A stretch of DNA of 64,000 nt from Octopus vulgaris (Eukaryota): positions 4,092,001 to 4,156,000 of the forward strand of contig OX597832.1 of assembly GCA_951406725.2 (NCBI GenBank). The letters run 5' to 3'. The position numbers and the translations under genes were made by a program. Of the stretch, positions 50,401 through 62,357 are shown one piece after another. Numbering within the stretch: position 1 is the first letter of the stretch; the number at the start of each line of letters is the position of its first letter. The notes under the pieces are model-generated. The model was given only the letters and a program-made list of their open reading frames with translations. It searched no databases and was not told the origin of the DNA.

Positions 50401-50778
50401 TGTATTGCTTCTTTCTTACTTTATGTGGCACCTTTTTTAATGACAGATGAAATTTTAACAGTTCTTTCTTGTTGAGATTGACTTGGCCAGTTATTATTTA
50501 CAGGTATATTTCATACCTGCCATTAACAATGCATTCAAAGCAATTGCAAGAGAATTCAGTCCTTATCTAGAATGAGCCAATATTTATATGTTTAAAAATA
50601 TATTCAGCACGAAGAATTTTGTTACTGTTTCAGGTTTAAAAACATTGAACGTTCACCACGGCTTCCTCCGCCTCGACCACCTCCACCTAGGAAGTTATCT
50701 CGCACTGAACAAATTGTTACAAACCCTCGAAACTTTTTGAAGGAAAGTTATCAACTTTATCTCCCACAAATTCTCTAA
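23666..50778 (+). CDS. TRAPPC14: Trafficking protein particle complex subunit 14 (MAP11/C7orf43) homologue, 12 coding exons, 1800 nt, 599 aa
   Basis: Spliced motifs [26 protein letters not shown]...[53 protein letters not shown] and [31 protein letters not shown] match human C7orf43/TRAPPC14 motifs as I recall them (FTVTYTLLNNLQDFLAVRLVWTP, GLFELSQHMKLKLQF). All introns are GT-AG and all phases are consistent. Confidence 0.9.
24579..24792. mobile_element. MITE with GG..CC ends, 8-bp TSD and internal TTAGGG repeats (Merlin-like)
   Basis: GGTACTAC/GTAGTACC termini; aattcatt on both sides; ~40-bp internal inverted repeat. Confidence 0.8.
25221..25929. mobile_element. Foldback-type MITE with modular subterminal inverted repeats
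   Basis: ggcatacctacacaa.. / ..ttgtgtcggtgtgccc(c)ttaa ends; tttcagaaaaatgg.tattt units repeated in both orientations. Confidence 0.65.
26168..26436. mobile_element. Young MITE nested in a SINE (Merlin-like)
   Basis: Perfect 29-bp TIR GGATCTTTTCGGTTTGAACGGCAGTTTTT; perfect 8-bp TSD agagaacg. Confidence 0.9.
28493..28614 (-). repeat. Inverted intronic copy of TRAPPC14 exon 2 (29353-29495)
   Basis: Reverse complement matches the exon at 120/122 nt, plus one 21-nt deletion. Confidence 0.97.
29273..29498 (+). CDS. TRAPPC14: TRAPPC14 exon 2 ([20 protein letters not shown]...VAVWLSK...TRQS)
   Basis: long T-rich tract + cag / gtaagt, 226 nt. Confidence 0.88.
31983..32069 (+). CDS. TRAPPC14: TRAPPC14 exon 3 ([28 protein letters not shown])
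   Basis: ttacag / gtcagt, 87 nt. Confidence 0.9.
33245..34190 (+). mobile_element. Degenerate RTE LINE RT fragment; approximate ends
   Basis: LIAES..EL...W..G.ESKG.RVN.AKTK; F.YL...[17 protein letters not shown]; KGRLY...[11 protein letters not shown]; stops and frameshifts. Confidence 0.9.
34859..34976 (+). CDS. TRAPPC14: TRAPPC14 exon 4 ([18 protein letters not shown]...NSKE)
   Basis: atcag / gtaaat, 118 nt, supplies the required phase 1 to phase 2 link. Confidence 0.87.
35200..37689. mobile_element. Tc1-like MITE with ~120-bp TIRs, split by a ~2-kb hAT-like insertion (35357-37351)
   Basis: CACTGTGTAACA... / ...TGTTACACAATG; uninterrupted partial copy at ~48390-48650; insert begins CAGGACCGGATTTA with degenerate 8-bp TSD gctacaat/gctttgat. 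Confidence 0.75.
38530..38816. repeat. (TA)/(TATG) microsatellite
   Basis: Direct reading. Confidence 0.97.
41615..41750 (+). CDS. TRAPPC14: TRAPPC14 exon 5 (ESDQHS...[17 protein letters not shown]...PNM)
   Basis: ctatag / gtaagt, 136 nt. Confidence 0.88.
42592..42674 (+). CDS. TRAPPC14: TRAPPC14 exon 6 ([12 protein letters not shown]...TTY)
   Basis: ttgcag / gtattt, 83 nt. Confidence 0.87.
42880..42957 (+). CDS. TRAPPC14: TRAPPC14 exon 7 ([25 protein letters not shown])
   Basis: ttgcag / gtaaca, 78 nt. Confidence 0.92.
43712..44027 (+). mobile_element. tRNA-derived SINE (third family); approximate ends
   Basis: A-box-like tggcttagtggtt, B-box-like gagttcaattcc, followed by gtgtccttgagcaagacact. 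Confidence 0.7.
44183..44286 (+). CDS. TRAPPC14: TRAPPC14 exon 8 ([23 protein letters not shown]...ETKE)
   Basis: ccacag / gtttgt, 104 nt. Confidence 0.92.
45485..45560 (+). CDS. TRAPPC14: TRAPPC14 exon 9 ([24 protein letters not shown])
   Basis: tttcag / gtaaat, 76 nt. Confidence 0.88.
45648..46440 (-). mobile_element. Internally deleted RTE LINE: APE endonuclease fragment joined to 3' UTR
   Basis: [31 protein letters not shown] motif; 3' UTR with (GAT)n tail at 45648-45900. Confidence 0.85.
48264..48333 (+). CDS. TRAPPC14: TRAPPC14 exon 10 ([23 protein letters not shown])
   Basis: ggcag / gtaagt, 70 nt. Confidence 0.92.
49842..50131 (+). CDS. TRAPPC14: TRAPPC14 exon 11 ([11 protein letters not shown]... 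Ser-rich ...GRHR)
   Basis: ttatag / gtaagt, 290 nt; contains ORF 49854..50135. Confidence 0.9.
50634..50778 (+). CDS. TRAPPC14: TRAPPC14 last coding exon ([18 protein letters not shown]...YLPQIL*)
   Basis: tttcag acceptor, in frame to TAA at 50776-50778. Confidence 0.87.
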
Positions 50779-53700
50779 TCAACTTCTAATCAGGAACATC
50801 TACCGAAGTTATAAATATATTTTGCACTGCATTGAGCTAATACTTGCTCTCACAAATATCAACGTTTTACACAACACAAGACAAATATACCGTTTTTTTT
50901 TTTTTAAATGCACACACACACACACACACCAAACAATTTATTAAGTTTATTTAAAATTGTTTTTCTTTTAATTCTTTCATGTTGTTTTCTTGGACAGCAA
51001 ATCAGACCCTAATTGCTGTTGTGATACTGAATGTTACTAGATGATATTGTGTTTCATGTGTTACATTAGTGAAATCTTGATTTGGTGGTTGTACATAGAG
51101 TACAATTGCCTACTTACTCAGGACCTCAAAATCCATGTTGTTGCAGGGATTAGAGAAAAATGTGTTAACTCTTAAACTGCAATTTTTTTGTAAATATTTT
51201 TTTTTAAATGGATTATTGTTAATGTTGATATAAAGGGCAGCAAGTTTTTGGAAACAGTGGAGCACCAGAGTAAATAAATGCCATACAGCATTTAGCATTG
51301 TCCCTCTGTGCTCTGGATTAAACTTTTGTATTAATAATATAGCTTGGTTAATTTAATATCTCCCATAAAGGTGGTGAACTCACAGAATTGTTAGCAAACC
51401 AGACAAAATGCTTAGCAGCATTTCTTCTGTGTTAATGTTCTGAATTTAAATTCTACCAAGGTCAACTTTGCCTTTCATCCTTTTGGGGTCAATGAAATAA
51501 GTACCAGTTGAGTACTGGGGTTGATGTAATTGACTAATCCCCTCCCCCAAATTTCAGGCCTTGTGCCTTTTGCAGAAAGAATTTAATATCTTCCATACTA
51601 CAAAAATGGTCTTTATGTGTATGTATATATATATATATATATACAGTTGTTACTACTAATATATATCAGTTTGTTATTGTTGTTATATGAGTTTATGATT
51701 AAGGCAGCTGTCAAAAGCAGTAGAGTCTTCTAGATTTAGCTACTTCTATGACATGGGTTCAAATCCTGCTGGGTCATCTATACCTTTTATTCTTCTGGGA
51801 TTGATAAAATATGTAGCTTTTATTAACCAGCTTAAACTCCATTGATTATTCCATTTTCCCACAAATCCCTCCAATTATGTGAGCTTGAAGATAGCAACTT
51901 CATATGTAAGACCTAAGGTGATTTTTTTTTAGTGCTTTTTTGTTGTTTTTGTGGACAAAAGTTTTGTCTTATAAACAATCATATATATTTTTTCTGATTT
52001 TTACCACTGTTTTGTATATTAAATTATCGTATGGTAAATTTGTTTCAACAACCACTAGAACCATTCAAACTGAAGTTGGCTTAAGTATCTCTTCTCTATC
52101 ATCATCAGCATCACTGTCATCTTCATTGTCTGTAGCCACCCGGTGCTAACATAATGGTATTTTAGTCTGGTCCCACTTGATGTATTTATATATTAATATA
52201 ATTAATGTAATTATATATTAATTGGGCATAGATTATTTTATAAAGAAATATGTTCTATAGAGCTGCTACTGGTAGCTGTTTTCATCCCTGGTAGGATTTG
52301 AACTCAAATATATAGTCATTTATTCACATGTGGTACTTCACTGGTAACTTCAGTACTTCATCAATATAATGGGAGAAAATGTAAATTTTAAAACAGATAT
52401 ATTCCATAAATATAAATAGGGAATTTATTATTGTCAGAACATAACGTTGTCCATTATGACAATTTGTATATATCTATCAATTTATCAGTTTCTCAAATTG
52501 ATTTAAAGCATTCATGGGTAATCATTTTGAGAAATGGCCTGTATGAGACATGGCCCATCATCAAACAAGCCACACTAATAAACAAATTCAAGGTACTTTC
52601 CCATTAGGTATATCATTCAGAAAGTCCTGTGAGCAGCAGTTTGCCCATGACTGGTTTATGGCTAATACATTAATCTGTATTCAGTTTAAAGCTCTTACAT
52701 TAGTCTATCATAAGAATTGGTTTATAGCTGCAGTGTAAGACAATTTCCAGAATAAATGTTTGGTTACTTCTTTTTTTTCCTGTTAAAACAGGATATATAA
52801 ATATACATATAAATATTCACTTAATCCCAAACACTTTATAAATCCAACTGTATATTGTACCTAAATTCTAATGCAAATTTTACATTTTCTCCATAGTTTG
52901 TTTGTTGATTCCATATATCTATTTTTTACTTGGGGTTTGTAATGAGGGTTAACAACATTTGTTAATGCTGGTGGTTTATATCTGCAGTTAACATTGAGGT
53001 CAATTAATATTGTTGATTAATATTAACATAATATTAGTTATTATAAATGGTTATTAGTGCTGTGTGCAGCTATTGTTACTTCGCTTATATTTAACCCATT
53101 AGCACTTAAACTGGCCATATACGATCCAGATATCCTACCCGTTTCATGTTCAAAGAGATCTGGCCTTTCACACATATTCTACAATGTCATTCTAAAAATA
53201 AACAATCAATCATCATAATTTCAAAGCTACAATATAATGCATAATTAATTCAAAACAATATGAATAAATAAGCATCTCATTTGACAAAATAAACTGAATG
53301 CTAAAGGGATGGAGAAGAATATTGAGAAAAAGAGACACAAGACATCTTGCAATCCTACATCTTTGTAAAAATATTGATTAATATTTGAAAATATTGTTGG
53401 TTTGACATCATCTATAATAATGATGATAATGTTGGTTAATTTTATCAATTTATATTGTTTATCAATTGTTAATATTGTTAATTGTTGTTTAGCCCCAGGT
53501 TAGCTCTCATTGAGCAGGCCTATGATCAGAGACATTCCAGTCTTAGTGAATCCATCATTTTTTTATATACTAATACTACATTATCCAATGTCCATCCTTT
53601 TTTAAAGACAATAAGAAGTGATCTGAAGGAATTTTATCTTTTTTTCCTTCTTAACAAATCAACTGACCACATAGTGGTTCCCTCCATTTTTATAGATGTT

Positions 53701-55039
53701 GTTGGTTAATGTAACTTCACAGTAAAATGATTAAGGACTATCTTGTCACCACCATCACCACCATTATCATCATCACTCATTCTTATATTCATCATTGTTA
53801 TCACTGATATGCATTATTAGCATTTTTCTCTCTTTTATTTCACTATATTTCCTTTCGTACAATAACTTGCACTAACAATAATGTTAAAAACAAAAAGTAG
53901 GTTTTATGATAGATTTTTTTTTTGTTATTTTAAACTTTAAAATATGTGACTGATTATAAGTGAACTTTTATTGTTTTGTTTTTATTGTAGTTAATATCAC
54001 AGAACTTCTGTGAAAACATTTTTGTCTTAGACGCAATGGTGTACTATTTTAGTTACCATTTACATTGTAAGAATTTCTCTCCACATGGACTGACATTTTA
54101 CTCATTTAGCTTTTCAACAGTGTTGTTGTTAATGTTGTTGTTGTTGTTGTTTAACCCTAGATTAGCTTTGATTCATCAGATTTATGATCAAATGTATCCC
54201 AGCACTTAACCATTCTGTCTTTTTAGGAGTAACAAGGACTACTGTATAGTTTCTTCTTTTTTTTATAAGATAATGTGATGAGATTTGAGAGAAATTTAGT
54301 TACTATTTATAGCAGATCAAGCATTTGTTTACTTACCTTAAATTTTGACTGAAAATACTACTACTATGGCGCAGGCATGGTGTGTGTAAGAAGCTTGCTT
54401 CCCAGCATATGGTTCTGGGTTCAATCCCATTGTATGGTATATCGGGTGTCTTCTGCTATAGCCTCAGGCCAACCAGAGCCTTGTGAGTGGATTTGGAAAG
54501 CCTGTATCTTTGTGTCTATGTCTGTCCTCCACCACCGCTTCTTAACTGGTGTTTGTGTGTTTATGTCCCCCATAATTTTGCAGTTCAACAAAAGAGACTG
54601 ATAGAATAAGTACAGGCCTAAAAAAAAGTCCTGGGTCGATTTGTTCAATGAAAACTCAAGCCACAGTCAAATAACTGAAACAAGTAAAAAATAAGAGATA
54701 AGAGATGGCTATTGTTGTCTTTGAGGAGTTTTCCTTTTGTCTAAGTCAACTCTATTTGAGTAATAATTCTTTGGTATTAAAATTGTCAATGAACCACCTG
54801 AACATGACCTCTTGATCTAATTGTCCCGTCCAAGTTATTAGCCTCTGTTGCCTCAATTTGTATGAATGATAAATTCTGTTATGAAATTAATAGTAGGAAG
54901 GCTAAATAGCCATAATATTTGAAAATAGAAAAGAAACTATCCTGCCTCTACCAATAGTGAAAGCTGTTATTGATCATTGTGACAATCTTTGATAGAAAAT
55001 TGCCCTTTTTTTTGTTTTAATGCTCATTCTTATAAACAT

Positions 55040-55370
55040 AATAATATTAATAATAATGAAGGTTGTGGTCATGAGACCAATAGTCATGGTACCAATAGTA
55101 ATTGGTGCACTTGGAAGTATCAGCACTCAACTATACACGTAACTCAAAAAGATTGGTGCAAATGTGAAGATAGAACACCTACAAAAATCAGCATTGCTTG
55201 GTACTGCAAGAATCCTTCGCAGGGTTTTTGAAGTATGACCAGTAAACAAGTGTCACCTTAATCTGCTGGCAGTGGACAGCTGACACTTTCCATCATACCC
55301 AGCAAAATAAGCTGAAAGTTTCTTTAAAATAATAATGATAATAATAATAATAATAATTAATAATAATGAT
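55040..55370 (+). mobile_element. 3' end of R4/Dong-type LINE in (TAA)n repeats
   Basis: Translates VPIVIGALGSI...IEHLQKSALLGTARILRRVFE*, typical of the R4/Dong C-terminus; TAA repeats on both sides. Confidence 0.75.
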
Positions 55371-56745
55371 AAAAATTTTTTGGTCTGAAGAACTAAATTA
55401 ACCATGATCTTTGCTGTCTTCATAATGCATTATTTATTCCACAGTGAACTATAAATGTTAGTGTCAGCAGAATGGCACAGAAAATAATATTCTGTGATAA
55501 TGTATTGGGTAACATTGTACAGTACCAGGAAACCAAGAGCATTGATATAGCCATCTTCCATATGTCACTCATTAGCTGTTACGTACCCTTCTTTATTTTT
55601 TTAGACAAATCCGTCCTAAACTTCATATTTTCTGGCATATTTTTAAAAAATCAGTATCACAGATTTTTTGTTTTTGCTTCTAAATTTGTATAACACGTGT
55701 TAATAATGAGGGGAATACCTGTGATGAATTAATTAATGATGATGATGATGATACATATTTTTTAATTATGTTTTCTCTTTTACTGAAAACAACTGCTACT
55801 AAAATTATCTGGTGTTTATATTTACTGGCAACTAAATTAATTAATTAACAAAGTTATTACTTTGCAAAACACATCTTCATTTTGACTATTTATTTTTGAT
55901 TGTGGGCAGGGCTGTTAAGGTAATGGAAACCAACCACTTCAGCTGCCCAACTAATAAAAGAAATTTCTTTTAACAAATTATAAATATAAACATTTAAATA
56001 AATTAGACACTTAATAAACACAAATTCAAGATAGAAAAAATAAACACTGAACTGCCTCTACATCCCAACAAAAGATTCCATTACTTACGGCCTGATTGTC
56101 AATTATGTCCTACATATTCAATATATTAATGATATATCATATCTCTGTTGTTATTCATATCTTTAGATATATCTTAACATTTGATATCTTTCTTCAATCA
56201 TGTTATTCACAATACAGTGCCATCAATGTTTGTTATTTACAAAAAAATAATCAATCTATATACGTATGTATCTGTGATAAATATTTCCAGCTTAAAGTAG
56301 AGCAAAAGGTAAACAAAACAACTTAAATTAATTTACATTTATTTTATTTATTTTCTATTATATACACTATATATATATTATTTATACATTTAACCTAAAT
56401 GGTTTCAAGAAATGTCATTTTGTTTTTGATTTTTTTACCCTGCATTTATTTAATATAAAATATTGGGTACATTAACAAAATTCAAACGTTGCAATTTAAA
56501 TATGCTGTATAATCATTGTGACTGAGAGAAGTTCATCTTCGAAGGATACATTCAACTTCCAGTGTTATTTCATTGAGATTGTAGACAGAACAAAGACAAA
56601 AGGAAAAGTTACCACAAAAGCTAGTATACATTTAAGGTACTCTACAGTAAGTTCTGACTTTTATATATATATATATATGCACATGCACACGCACACATGC
56701 ACACACACCGACACACATGCACATATACAAACACAGACATACATA

Positions 56746-56777
<32 letters not shown>

Positions 56778-56851
56778 CATTCATTTATATATGTACATAC
56801 ACCTGGCTGTACATATATGTATATATGTTTTATATGTGTTTTATACATATG

Positions 56852-56889
<38 letters not shown>

Positions 56890-56978
56890 TTATACATATG
56901 TATATATATGTGTTTTATATATGTTATATATATATATATATATGTTTTATGTATATATATGTTTTATATATATATATA

Positions 56979-57660
56979 TAACTTATAAATAAGGGCTAAA
57001 GAAAATTATTTCTATGCCAATATGCTGATAACAGACTTTTAAATCGTCAATTTCCACATATTATTTACTCGCTACAGAAAATACGTAGAGCTGAAATCGA
57101 GGAAAGCTGGTCAACAGGATTTTTTTTTAAAGTTCGTTATTTCTATATTGAATCAATTTTGGAATTAATCTCATAATAGATTTTTTTCCTCCTCAGTAGA
57201 AAATACGAAAAGAAATAAATGAAATACTTACATACGCCCATGGAAAAAGCCGAAGCAAAAATCATGAGTACATAAAAGTACCCCAGATATATCTAAATAT
57301 AAAATCCTTTGGTCAGCCTCAGCACACGTGTGAACTGTTCCCCACTACAGCTTATAGTGGTTACCAGTCCCTATAGCGAATAGTAATAAGTCTACTACTA
57401 ATATAGGATGAGTTTTTTTACAGAAAAAAATTTCATCAGAAAAAGTGGCAGCATATTAATATACCTTTAAGGTTAGAATTATAAACAACTTATAAATAAG
57501 GGCTAAAGAAAATTATTTCTATGCCAATATGCTGATAACACACTTTTAAATCGTCAATTTCCACATATTATTTACTCGCTACAGAAAATACATAGAGCTG
57601 AAATTGAGGAAAGCTGGTCAACAGGATTTCTTTAAAAAGTTTGTTATTTCTATATTGAAT
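56979..57660. repeat. ~173-bp direct repeat pair (56979-57152 and 57487-57660) between microsatellites
   Basis: acttataaataagggctaaag...ctatattgaat occurs twice, with few differences. Confidence 0.9.
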
Positions 57661-57691
57661 ATAATATATGTTTTATATATATATTTATATA

Positions 57692-57723
<32 letters not shown>

Positions 57724-57776
57724 CATATAGATATAGATATATGTTATTGATAAAAATGGTAAGACAATAAAAGCGC

Positions 57777-58430
57777 ATGAGATGGAAAGCTTTCTTTTAC
57801 AACACAGAAGTGGACACCACAGAAAATATATTCTATGGTATAAAATCTAAGAAATTCCCTCTAAAGATCAAAGGCTTGGAAGACTTCAAAGTGGACTTAC
57901 TGAAGCTTATGAACAAAATAAAATTTCATAAGTCTTTTAACACTTTCCAACAGATACTGAAAAAAGATATATATTACATAAAAAGCTCAAAAAAAAAAGG
58001 CACTTTTTTCCGACAAAACCAAGAACTTGTACCTGGTAGAAAACAGCACATATTCACAACACCTACAGAACAGCATCATCAATAATTACACTAAGGCTAG
58101 GCCACAGACCTATAACGAAATTAACAAAGAAGCTAGCGTTATCGCCGTCAGACTTACATTAAATAAAAAAAAATAGAGGTCCTCCCCAAAAAAGAGGCCT
58201 TTATTACTATCACGGACCACAAAAAGAACTTCCTATCCAACTCTAAATGTAGGCTTATTAACCCAGCTAAATCAGAACTTGACATTATTCGTAAAAAAAT
58301 TTTAAGAAAAATCAACGCGAAAATTAGGACCGCCACTAGGCTACTACAATGGTCCAATAGTATAGCAGTCGTCGACTGGTTTAAATCCATTGAGAATAAG
58401 AAAAAAAGCGAGATTTACACAATTTAAAAG
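57777..58430 (+). mobile_element. Degenerate Penelope-like RT N-terminal fragment
   Basis: MRWKAFF...DKT.NLY...AFITI.DHK.NF..N.KCRLINPAKSEL...QW.NS..V.DWF..I; frameshifts in A runs. Confidence 0.75.
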
Positions 58431-58619
58431 GTCTAAGCGAGATTTACACAATTTAAAAGGTCTTAATAATGGTCAATCACAGTAATTTCCCTTTGTATAA
58501 CGGTAATTTTTCTGATGGTCGGATAACTGAAGAGATGGCGGCATGGATTTCCACCTCGTCAACCGAAACTCGGAGTTTTATCATGGCTACCAAATAATTG
58601 TCATATATCATATTTACAG

Positions 58620-58789
58620 ACTTATAGATATATGTTATATATGTTTTATATGTATGTTTTATATATGTATATACATATGTTTTATGTATATGTATGTATG
58701 TATATATATGTGTGTATATATATATATACATATATGTATGTATATGTTTTATATATATATATATGTGTATATACATATATATATGTATT

Positions 58790-58821
<32 letters not shown>

Positions 58822-58852
58822 TATATGTTTTATATATATATGTATATATATG

Positions 58853-58885
<33 letters not shown>

Positions 58886-59600
58886 TTGTTTTATATATAT
58901 CTATATGTATATATATTTGTTTTATATATATCTATATATATGTTTTATATATATATGTATATATGATTTTTATGTATATATATGTTTTATATATATGTAT
59001 ATGTATCTGTTTTATATATATCTATATATATATATGTGTGTATATATATATATATATAATATATATACATATGTATGTATATGTTTTATATATATATACA
59101 TGTGTATATACATATATATATGTATTTATATATATATATGTATATATAAATATATATATATTTATGTGTGTGTATATATATATACGTATATATATATGTG
59201 TGTATATATATATATGTATATATATATGTGTGTGTGTGTGTTTTATATGTATATATATGTGTGTTTTATATGTATGTATGTATATATATATGTATCTATA
59301 TATACGTTTTATATGTTTATATATATGTATATACCTATGTTTTATAAATATTATATTATTTATATATATCATATATATGTTATATTCATATGCATCATAT
59401 ATAATTATATGTATCATATATATATATATATATATATTTATGATGTACTTATGTATGTAAATATACATATGTATATACGTATTATATCTGCATATATATA
59501 AACACATATATATATATATAACATACATACATATGTATATATATATATTTATATATATATATATCTATACATATGATATGTATGTTTATATATATATAAC
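58620..59600. repeat. ~1-kb TA-rich compound microsatellite
   Basis: Direct reading; a similar tract lies at 56660-56980. Confidence 0.97.
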
Positions 59601-60339
59601 ATCTCTATTTCTGATGCTTCGTGTTGTAACCATATAATAGATAACCTGTTTTGTATTTTGCGAGCAAGGAGTTTCTAAGATATTCAATTACTTTCGAATA
59701 TCAACCTTCTATTCTATTCACTCTGTCCTGATTGTACCATCTTTTTTGTCCCTTGACCTTATACAATAAACTATCATTAAATATTGTTAGTATTAAATTT
59801 TCTAGCTCTTAGCCTTACCACATTGTCAAATATGATCGTCTTTTATACTTCTTATACATTTTCATTCTCTTATCTCTTGTATCCTAACTGTTATATCCAT
59901 ATTTGAAATATTTTTTAGAGAATAGAAGTTGAAGATAAATCCAAAATATTTTTTGTGATCTTAATAAAGAGTTATATAGAATTTTATTTGTTGTTTTTCT
60001 TATTGATTTATGAGATGCCAGAAAAGCTATGAATGTCTAGAGAAAATGTCTCTTTTAATCTATACATTGCATTCTCATATACATTGTCGCACTCATTACC
60101 TGCATACTTTATATATATATATATTATAATGTATATGTATAAGCACAGGCGTGGCTGTGTGGTAAGGCTTGCTTCCCCACCACATGGTTCTGGGTTCAGT
60201 TCCACTGCATGGTATTTTATAGTCTCAGGCCGACCAAGCTTTGTGAGTGGATTTGGTAGAGGGGAAAATAAAGGAAGCCTATCATTGGTATATATATACC
60301 TATATGTACGTATATGTCTATGTGTGTGTCTATGCATAA

Positions 60340-61699
60340 CTGCATAGTTGTGCCCTGTGCATCAAAGGCATGTTCAGAATTACCTTCATGTATAGAAGAA
60401 CTTGCTAGAAGCATATATTCATTCCTCTCAAATAGCCCAAAGAGACTGCAGGAATATGAAGAATTTCAGGCATTGACTCAAACAAATTCTCATAACTTAT
60501 TACATGTAAGTTGTATAAGGTGGCTATCTGTAGAACAAGTTGTCAAAAGAATACTAAAACAGTGGCCTGCTCTAGTGTTATTCTTTAATACTGCTGCTAT
60601 TGAAGATAACAACAGTACTGCTTCAAATGTGCTGAATTCATTAACAAATCCAATCATAGTGATGTATTATGGTTTTTTGGTATATATTTTGCCAGATATT
60701 ATTAAGTTGAACTTAGATTTCCAATCAGAAAGCTATAGAATGCACAAACTGTACAAATCTGTTACATGTACTGTTAAGGGAATACTTGGCAATTTTGTTA
60801 AAAAAGAACTTGTAAAAAAGAAAAGAGTTACATGAAATTAACACAAATGATCCATCAGTGTATCTTCCCATAACTGAAATTTACAGAGGAGCAAAAGTTG
60901 CAAGTGTCTACATAAAGAAAGCGTCTGAATTGAAACAGTTTCATGTGAAAACATTAGATTTTTATGTGCACCTTGGGAAAGAATTTTTTCAGCACTTCTT
61001 TGCACATGATTTCTTCCATAAGCTGAAGCTTCTAGGGGCACTAGACCTAGTTAGTATTCGTGATTGCAATGGTCCAAGTTCAAGTGTTCCTCTCACATGA
61101 AAATTTCCAAATATTGTTCAGGAGAGTCAGATTGAAGCTCTTAATAAAGAATGGAGAGCACTTACACTTCAGACAAATAATGAAGCTACCAAACAAGAAG
61201 ATTATTGGTATAAAATTTCTAAGGAAAAATGTGGAGATGAAGCTCATTATCCAGTCCTATCATGCTTTATGTTTCAGCTTCTATCGTTACCACATTATTC
61301 AGCTGCAGCTGAGAGAATATTTTCAGTCCTAAATAACATTAAAGTCAACCCAAACCATCAATGCTCTGCTGCATTCAAGAAGTCTTCGTCATGATGTAAA
61401 TTGCACAACTTATACACTTGATGCAGAGCTTTGTGCTAAGTTAAAAGAAGGACAAGGACATTGGTACAAAGAGGAACCTCATCCTGTTGACGATATAACC
61501 ATCTAATTTTAAAGTACGTTAAATATATGTAGGTCACTTTAAAATTAAGCACTGTATATTATAAACAATATATATCATGATTTCAGTTGATTTATAGACA
61601 AAGTATTACGAATTTAAATTTTGGTACTTTTTGAGCAAAATTTGCTACTTTTATTTTACTAAATTTGGTACTTTCATCAAAATATGTTTGGCAAGCCTG
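60340..61699 (+). mobile_element. 3' half of a decayed hAT transposon (ZNF862/Tip100-like transposase) with right TIR
   Basis: ASKAC..LP..IE.L.RSIYSF.S.SPKR..EY.EFQ...RWLS....V.RIL.QW.AL; dimerisation motif LLSLPHYSAAAERIFS; ends ...gtttggcaagcctg; stops and frameshifts. Confidence 0.88.
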
Positions 61700-62357
61700 G
61701 TGTGGAAGAGGTAGACCCAGGAAGACATGGTACGAGATGATGAAGCATGATCTTCGATCGTTGAGCCTCCTGGAGGCAATGACAAGTGACCGAGACCTTT
61801 GGCGATATGCTGTGTTTGAGAAGACCCGTCAAACCAAGTGAAATCGCAGTTGTGGTCGATGTTAATGTTGTGTAACAGGCACTCGTGCCGATGGCACGTA
61901 AAAAGCACACTTCTAACGTTGGGTGGTTTGTTGTGCTTGAGAAAACCCGTCAAGCCAAGTAAAATCGTAGTCATGGCCTATGCTAGTGTTGCATATGTGA
62001 CACCCATGATGGTGGCACGTAAAAAGCATCCTTCGAACTTTGGGCCACACGGAGACAGTGACAAATGACCGAGACCTTTGTCAATATACCTTGCTTGAGA
62101 AGACCTGTCAAGTTAAGTGAGATTGTAGTCGTGGCCGATGCCGGTGCTTCGTAACAGGCACCCGTGCCAGTGGTATATTAAAAGCACCCACTACACTCTT
62201 GGAATGGTTGGCTTTAAGAAGGGCACAACGCTATTAAAACCATACCAAATCAGGTTGAAACCTGATACAGCTTAACAGTTTTCAGTCAAACCGTCCAACC
62301 CATCCCAGCATGGAAAACGGACGTTAAATGATGATGACACACACATTTATACTTATA

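Noticed and set aside
60314-61506. Possible domesticated hAT (ZBED/ZNF862-like) gene
   Set aside because: Multiple stops and frameshifts, 5' truncation and a retained TIR indicate a dead transposon.
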